Positions 59,667 to 64,000 of a stretch of DNA of 64,000 bases are shown here, one piece after another. Under the pieces are notes generated by a model, which saw nothing but the letters and a program-made list of their open reading frames with translations, did not search any database and was not told the DNA's origin. The translations under genes were made by a program, and so were the position numbers. The DNA is from a bacterium (GTDB lineage Bacteria > Bacillota_I > Bacilli_A > RF39 > UBA660). Every line of letters starts with the position of its first letter. The first letter of the stretch is position 1. The stretch lies in NCBI GenBank assembly GCA_029099845.1, contig JAQXOT010000014.1, positions 8,879 through 72,878 of the forward strand, in the 5' to 3' direction.

Positions 59667-59996
59667 TTGTATCTAATAGTTGATAATAAAAACAAAATAG
59701 AAATTATTGAATTACTTGGTTTTTGGGAAAAATTTAAGAGTTTGAAATTTTATTTGAATAGAATTGATTTTGGAATTAAAATACATAAAAAGAAATTTTT
59801 ATCAACAGCATTTTTTTGTCAAAATATTGATATTATTATTACAAATGCAGATAATAAAATTTTATATTTATATAAAAACGTTAAACCAGAAAAATATTTT
59901 TTTCCTAAGTTTAAAGCTAATGATATTTACTTTTTACCACTGGAAACAGCAAAAAATTATGCAGTTGGAGATTTTTTAGTATTTAAAGGAAAGTAA
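59667..59996 (+). CDS. Small hypothetical protein, possibly DUF192-like
   Basis: TTG start after GGTGGTGG. The layout F.EKFKSLKF...IDIIITNADNKILYLYKNVKP...YFLPLETA...VGDFLVF parallels DUF192. Confidence 0.4.
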   Translation: MYLIVDNKNKIEIIELLGFWEKFKSLKFYLNRIDFGIKIHKKKFLSTAFFCQNIDIIITNADNKILYLYKNVKPEKYFFPKFKANDIYFLPLETAKNYAVGDFLVFKGK

Positions 59997-60068
59997 TTAC
60001 ATTTTCTTTTTTTATGAAATTTAATTTATATTTTATTTCGTTATAATATTATTAAATTTTATTGTTCA

Positions 60069-60092
60069 GAAAAAAAGAAGCAAGCTGCTTCT
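60069..60092 (-). terminator. Terminator of the HPt-REC gene
   Basis: A 7-bp stem (agaagca / tgcttct) with a 3-nt loop, followed by T6-7 on the minus strand. It overlaps the TAG stop. Confidence 0.65.
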
Positions 60093-60915
60093 ATTCGTTT
60101 ATTTCTTTAAAATATAGTGTTCTTTCAACAACACGTTTTACATCGTTTTCATTAAATGGTTTACCTAGCATATCAACAATTTGATAAGTAAAGGCTCTAT
60201 CAATTGTTTCTTTTGATGAATCACCGGAAATTATGGATACTGGTATTTTTAAAAATAGGTTGTTTTCTTTCATAAAGTCTAATACGGCAAAGCCATCTAC
60301 TTTAGGCATATTTAAATCTAATAAAACAGCAACAATGCTATCATTATCTTTATTTGAATTAATGATGTTAATAGCTTCTTCGCCATTTTCAGCAATACCA
60401 ACATTATAGGTTTCACTAAAGATTCTTTTTACAAAGTTTCTTACAATATTGGAATCATCAACTACAAGAATTGTTTTGTTGGTATAGACTTCACCAGCTT
60501 TAAGCTGATTAGAAGTATTAGATTGAACTATTACTTGTTTATTTTGTGGACTATATGTTGGATCAATGTATTGTTTAACAATATTTATAGCTTTTGCTAC
60601 TTCGTTAATTAGTTCTTGGTAATGCTCATAAATATATAATACATCACCAGCTTTACTTTTTATTTCATGCTCATAGGCCATGTTGGCAAGTTCAGTAAAG
60701 CCAAAGTATTTGGCATCACTTTTTAAAGAATGAACGTAGATAGCATAATTAGGCATATCTTTTTCATTTTTATAAGCTTCTAATTTAGACATTTTTTCTT
60801 TGGCACTAACTAAAAATTCACCAACTGTTTCATTATATGTTTGTATGTCGCCAAAAAGCTCAAGGCTTTTATTAACATCTACTCCATTTTGAATTAAAAA
60901 ATTAACATCATACAT
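60091..60915 (-). CDS. HPt (histidine phosphotransfer) domain fused to a receiver (REC) domain, with no output domain
   Basis: The HPt motif is YVHSLKSDAKYFGF. The REC features are ILVVDDS, LLDLNMPKVDG, ISGD and GKPF. GAGGGTGA SD. Confidence 0.8.
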   Translation of the reverse strand: MYDVNFLIQNGVDVNKSLELFGDIQTYNETVGEFLVSAKEKMSKLEAYKNEKDMPNYAIYVHSLKSDAKYFGFTELANMAYEHEIKSKAGDVLYIYEHYQELINEVAKAINIVKQYIDPTYSPQNKQVIVQSNTSNQLKAGEVYTNKTILVVDDSNIVRNFVKRIFSETYNVGIAENGEEAINIINSNKDNDSIVAVLLDLNMPKVDGFAVLDFMKENNLFLKIPVSIISGDSSKETIDRAFTYQIVDMLGKPFNENDVKRVVERTLYFKEINE

Positions 60916-61030
60916 AAAATCACCCTCGTTTACTATATCTACTATGATTATAACATAGTTTCAATATTTAACAAGAAAATAATTTTTAGTTTTCTTACTT
61001 TTTATTTTGTGCTAGTAAGTATATTAGTGA

Positions 61031-61726
61031 TTATTTTTTCTTGCTGTAAATGACGGGGTACGGATTACCATATTGAGCAAGGGATGCTACTCCAAGGGTA
61101 CCTTTTTTTTGCTTTTCTAAGCCAAGTTTAGCAATATATTTTATATAATCTACCCATTCTTCTTCTGTTTCAAGCCATTCGTAGCCAGTTCTTGGGCCAC
61201 CTTCACATAGTGCTACCATAAAATCAATATCATTGGCAAGAGCAGCTTCAATTATTTGAATTGTTGCATCGCATGGCATAAAGCCAATTATGATATTGGT
61301 ATTTGTCAGTGGAGTTGATTTGGTAAATTCTTGTTTTTTTAAAATTAAATTAGGAATTTGGGGAGAAGAAAAAGTAAGCCTAGGGTCGTAGACCGTAATA
61401 GTTCCGTGGCTTTGTTTTAAAGCAATTTTTTTAGCTAAAACAGGGATTACTCCCCCAGCAACCTCAACAATATTAGTATCAAGATTAAAATTTTTCTCTA
61501 AGAGGCTTACAAACCCTGAATACATGTTATTTTCTTCTGGTAAAAGGCCGACTTCATCATAAATTTGTCTTAAAACATCTCCAATGTAATGATTAATTGG
61601 TCTTTCTAATATAATAGTTGCATATCTTTCAATATATCTTATTTCTCTTTCTGTATATTCACTATTATGTTCAGCTAGAAATGTAATAACTCGACTTTTA
61701 ATTTCATCTGGTGTTATATATGACAT
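61031..61726 (-). CDS. Hypothetical protein with a Rossmann-like core
   Basis: A 231-aa ORF with a NIVEVAGGVIPVLAKKIA beta-alpha-beta-like segment. I cannot confidently assign a family. Confidence 0.5.
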   Translation of the reverse strand: MSYITPDEIKSRVITFLAEHNSEYTEREIRYIERYATIILERPINHYIGDVLRQIYDEVGLLPEENNMYSGFVSLLEKNFNLDTNIVEVAGGVIPVLAKKIALKQSHGTITVYDPRLTFSSPQIPNLILKKQEFTKSTPLTNTNIIIGFMPCDATIQIIEAALANDIDFMVALCEGGPRTGYEWLETEEEWVDYIKYIAKLGLEKQKKGTLGVASLAQYGNPYPVIYSKKK

Positions 61727-61827
61727 ATAAATATATATTCCTTTCTAGGATGGATGATATTTTGATGACAAAAATATATTATAAACTATTCATAATAATA
61801 TGTTTAATATTTCTAGCTAAAATATTT

Positions 61828-63099
61828 TTAATCTTTATAATCAAAATAGAAATCCAAAATTCTTACTTGATCGCCTTCTTTAGCTCCTAAGGAGGCAAGT
61901 TTATCGTCTATTCCCATTCGACGTAATTTTTTAGCAAAACGATATATAGCCTCATCGCTATTAAATTTAGCCATTTTAAAAATTCGTTCTACTTCTTTAC
62001 CAGAAACAACCCATATATCGTCTTCCTTGGTAATCGTAAATGGTTCTTCCTTTTTAAATTTATATAAAATATGACTTTCTATTTGGCTTTCGTCATATAG
62101 GTGATTGACTGGTAAGGTATCTAATAAATTGGCTAAGTAATCTACTACTTTTTGTAAGCCGGTATTAGTGGCGGCACTTACTTCAAATATTTCGCAAGAT
62201 ACTTTTTCTTTAAATTTTTTTAAATTTTCTTGGGCTGGTGCAATATCCATTTTATTAGCAATGATTATTTGTGGTTTTTCTAGTAGTTTAGGGTTAAATT
62301 CTTTTAATTCATTATTAATCAAAAGATAGTCTTCATATGGATCACGCATTTCACTACCACTCATATCAATAACATGTGCAATGATTCTAGTTCTTTCAAT
62401 GTGGCGTAAGAACTTATCACCAAGCCCTTCGCCTTGGGATGCGCCCTCTATTAATCCTGGAAGATCAGCAACAACAAAACTACGTCCATCGCTTGATTTG
62501 GTAACGCCTAAATTAGGAGTTAGTGTGGTAAAGTGATAGGCAGCTATTTTGGGCTTCGATTTAGAAATCATCGAAATGATAGTGCTTTTACCAACACTTG
62601 GTAGGCCAACTAGGCCAACGTCTGCTAACATTTTTACTTCTACTTTTAAGTTTTTCTTTTCGCCTTCTTCACCACGTTCAGAATAATCAGGAGCAGTATT
62701 AGTTTGGGTTTTAAAAGCCGTATTTCCGCGACCACCACGACCACCTTTAGCGATTATTTCTTCCTGACCTTTTTTCGATAAATCAGCGATAATTAAGCCA
62801 GTTGCTAAATCTGTTACTACTGTGCCTTGTGGGACTTTAACGACTAGTGGTTCGGCTCCTTTTCCATGTTGATTTTTTCCTCGACCATTTTCACCTTTTT
62901 GACCTTTTATCTTTTTTTGATAGCGTAAATCTAATAAGGTGTGTAAGCCTTCATCGACTTTAAAAATAATATCGGCTCCGTGCCCACCATTACCACCATA
63001 TGGGCCTCCCATTTCAATAAATTTTTCACGACGAAAGGCAGTACAACCATCCCCACCATCGCCGGCTTCTACTTTTATTTCTACTTCATCGACAAACAT
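61828..63099 (-). CDS. obg: GTPase Obg/CgtA
   Basis: MFVDEVEIKVEAGDGGDGC Obg fold with Gly-rich repeats, G1 GLPSVGKST, G3 DLPG, G4 NKMD, and a C-terminal OCT domain. Confidence 0.95.
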   Translation of the reverse strand: MFVDEVEIKVEAGDGGDGCTAFRREKFIEMGGPYGGNGGHGADIIFKVDEGLHTLLDLRYQKKIKGQKGENGRGKNQHGKGAEPLVVKVPQGTVVTDLATGLIIADLSKKGQEEIIAKGGRGGRGNTAFKTQTNTAPDYSERGEEGEKKNLKVEVKMLADVGLVGLPSVGKSTIISMISKSKPKIAAYHFTTLTPNLGVTKSSDGRSFVVADLPGLIEGASQGEGLGDKFLRHIERTRIIAHVIDMSGSEMRDPYEDYLLINNELKEFNPKLLEKPQIIIANKMDIAPAQENLKKFKEKVSCEIFEVSAATNTGLQKVVDYLANLLDTLPVNHLYDESQIESHILYKFKKEEPFTITKEDDIWVVSGKEVERIFKMAKFNSDEAIYRFAKKLRRMGIDDKLASLGAKEGDQVRILDFYFDYKD

Positions 63100-63244
63100 T
63101 TTCTCGCCCCTTTCAAGATGCTTTTATTATAGCAAAAACAAATTATGTTGTCTATTATAGCTTGATATTAAAATTTGTTTTTATTTATTTTAGTTTTGCA
63201 ATAATTATATTATATAATAAAAAAAGAGCTCTATGGCCCTTTTT

Positions 63245-63535
63245 TTATGCTTCTACTGGATAAACTGAAGCTTTTTTCTTATCTCTTCCTAAGTGTTCAA
63301 ACTTAACAATTCCATCAACTGTTGAATATAAAGTATCATCATTACCACGACGAACGTTAGTTCCTGGGTATACTTTAGTTCCACGTTGACGATATATGAT
63401 ACTACCAGCTGTTATGAATTCACCATCAGCTGCTTTAGCTCCTAATCTACGTCCTGCAGAATCACGACCATTAGATGTTGATCCTTGCCCTTTGTGGTGA
63501 GCAAATAATTGAATATCTAATCTTAAAAAATTCAT
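63245..63535 (-). CDS. rpmA: 50S ribosomal protein L27, with a cleavable N-terminal propeptide
   Basis: [26 protein letters not shown]. The Firmicute-type leader ends ...LF|A, upstream of the conserved HKKG-like motif. Confidence 0.95.
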   Translation of the reverse strand: MNFLRLDIQLFAHHKGQGSTSNGRDSAGRRLGAKAADGEFITAGSIIYRQRGTKVYPGTNVRRGNDDTLYSTVDGIVKFEHLGRDKKKASVYPVEA

Positions 63536-63546
63536 AATTCTCCTCC

Positions 63547-63849
63547 TTATTTTACTTTTACATTAGCTGGATATTTTTCTTCCAACTCTTTCAAAAGATT
63601 AATCATATTTTCAATTAGTGTTTGAGTAGTTTTATCAGCACTATTAATAGTTATTTTTAATCTACCAACACTACTTTTATAAACTAGACTATCCTTATTT
63701 AAAGATAAAATTCCATTTATTGTTGTTGTTGCAATACTACTAACAGCACTGCAAACTATATCTTTTCCATAGTCATCGTATTTGGCATGACCACAAATAG
63801 TTACTTCTTTATAAATATTTTTATCTTTAGTAATTTTAACGTTTATCAT
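63547..63849 (-). CDS. prp: Ribosomal-processing cysteine protease Prp
   Basis: A 100-aa ORF between rplU and rpmA. GHA...DIVCSAVSS gives the His/Cys dyad. Confidence 0.85.
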   Translation of the reverse strand: MINVKITKDKNIYKEVTICGHAKYDDYGKDIVCSAVSSIATTTINGILSLNKDSLVYKSSVGRLKITINSADKTTQTLIENMINLLKELEEKYPANVKVK

Positions 63850-63851
63850 AA

Positions 63852-64000
63852 TTATCCATTAATTTTAGTTATTCTTACTTTTGTATAAGGTTGTCTATGT
63901 CCCTGAGTCTTACGATTAGATCTGTCTTTAGACTTATACTTGAAAACTTTAATTTTCTTTTGCTTACCGTTTTTGATTACTTCACCTTCAACAGTAACAT
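63852..64000 (-). CDS. rplU: 50S ribosomal protein L21 (3' part only; the 5' end is beyond the window)
   Basis: My hand translation gives ...[48 protein letters not shown], ending at the TAA at 63852-63854. Confidence 0.85.
   Translation of the reverse strand, partial: VTVEGEVIKNGKQKKIKVFKYKSKDRSNRKTQGHRQPYTKVRITKING

Noticed and set aside
63220-63247. Possible terminator hairpin after rpmA (aaaaagagc...gcccttttt).
   Set aside because: The stem has a central mismatch and only about 4 secure base pairs. This is too weak to call from sequence alone.

Overview
This is a very AT-rich, standard-code (TGG = Trp) chromosomal segment from a low-GC Bacillota-type organism. I cannot place it more precisely without a database search, but the gene order resembles Bacillus or Erysipelotrichia. 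About 60 protein genes are present, and all but four lie on the minus strand. Most have clear Shine-Dalgarno sites, and many have recognisable rho-independent terminators. The content is mainly housekeeping:
- ppdK, trxA, cvpA, rnhC
- the CIRCE-controlled hrcA-grpE-dnaK-dnaJ operon
- a ylbD-ylbE-ylbF-rsmD block
- parE-parC, recD2, mtaB, helD
- a ppaC(CBS)-DUF368-uppP-ZIP envelope operon
- Bacillus-type dnaB
- pilC-pilD
- ruvA-ruvB-queA-tgt, yebC, obg, and rplU-prp-rpmA

I saw no rRNA, tRNA, CRISPR array, transposase or integrase. I also saw no complete, obviously novel multi-gene system.

The items most worth a second look are:
- a 617-aa protein with a pilin-like leader, an ALK/LTK-type glycine-rich domain, a discoidin domain and a ricin lectin, fused into the rsmD operon
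- a terminator-bracketed pair of uncharacterised paralogues between recD2 and parE
- a poorly coding stretch at 2.6-7.4 kb containing two DUF4230-like genes (one frameshifted) and an unassignable 400-aa helical protein
- a gene with a strong RBS and ATG that is interrupted by an in-frame TGA inside its membrane helix
- an orphan HPt-REC fusion near obg
- a protein with two Gre C-terminal domains inserted between queA and tgt
- GrpE with four CxC motifs
- a long pseudo-dimeric ThyX-like protein
- several regulatory DNA motifs: dual CIRCE, a LexA box inside a consensus ruvA promoter, and a phased TTTACA repeat array

All family assignments come from reading motifs by eye. None has been checked by a similarity search.
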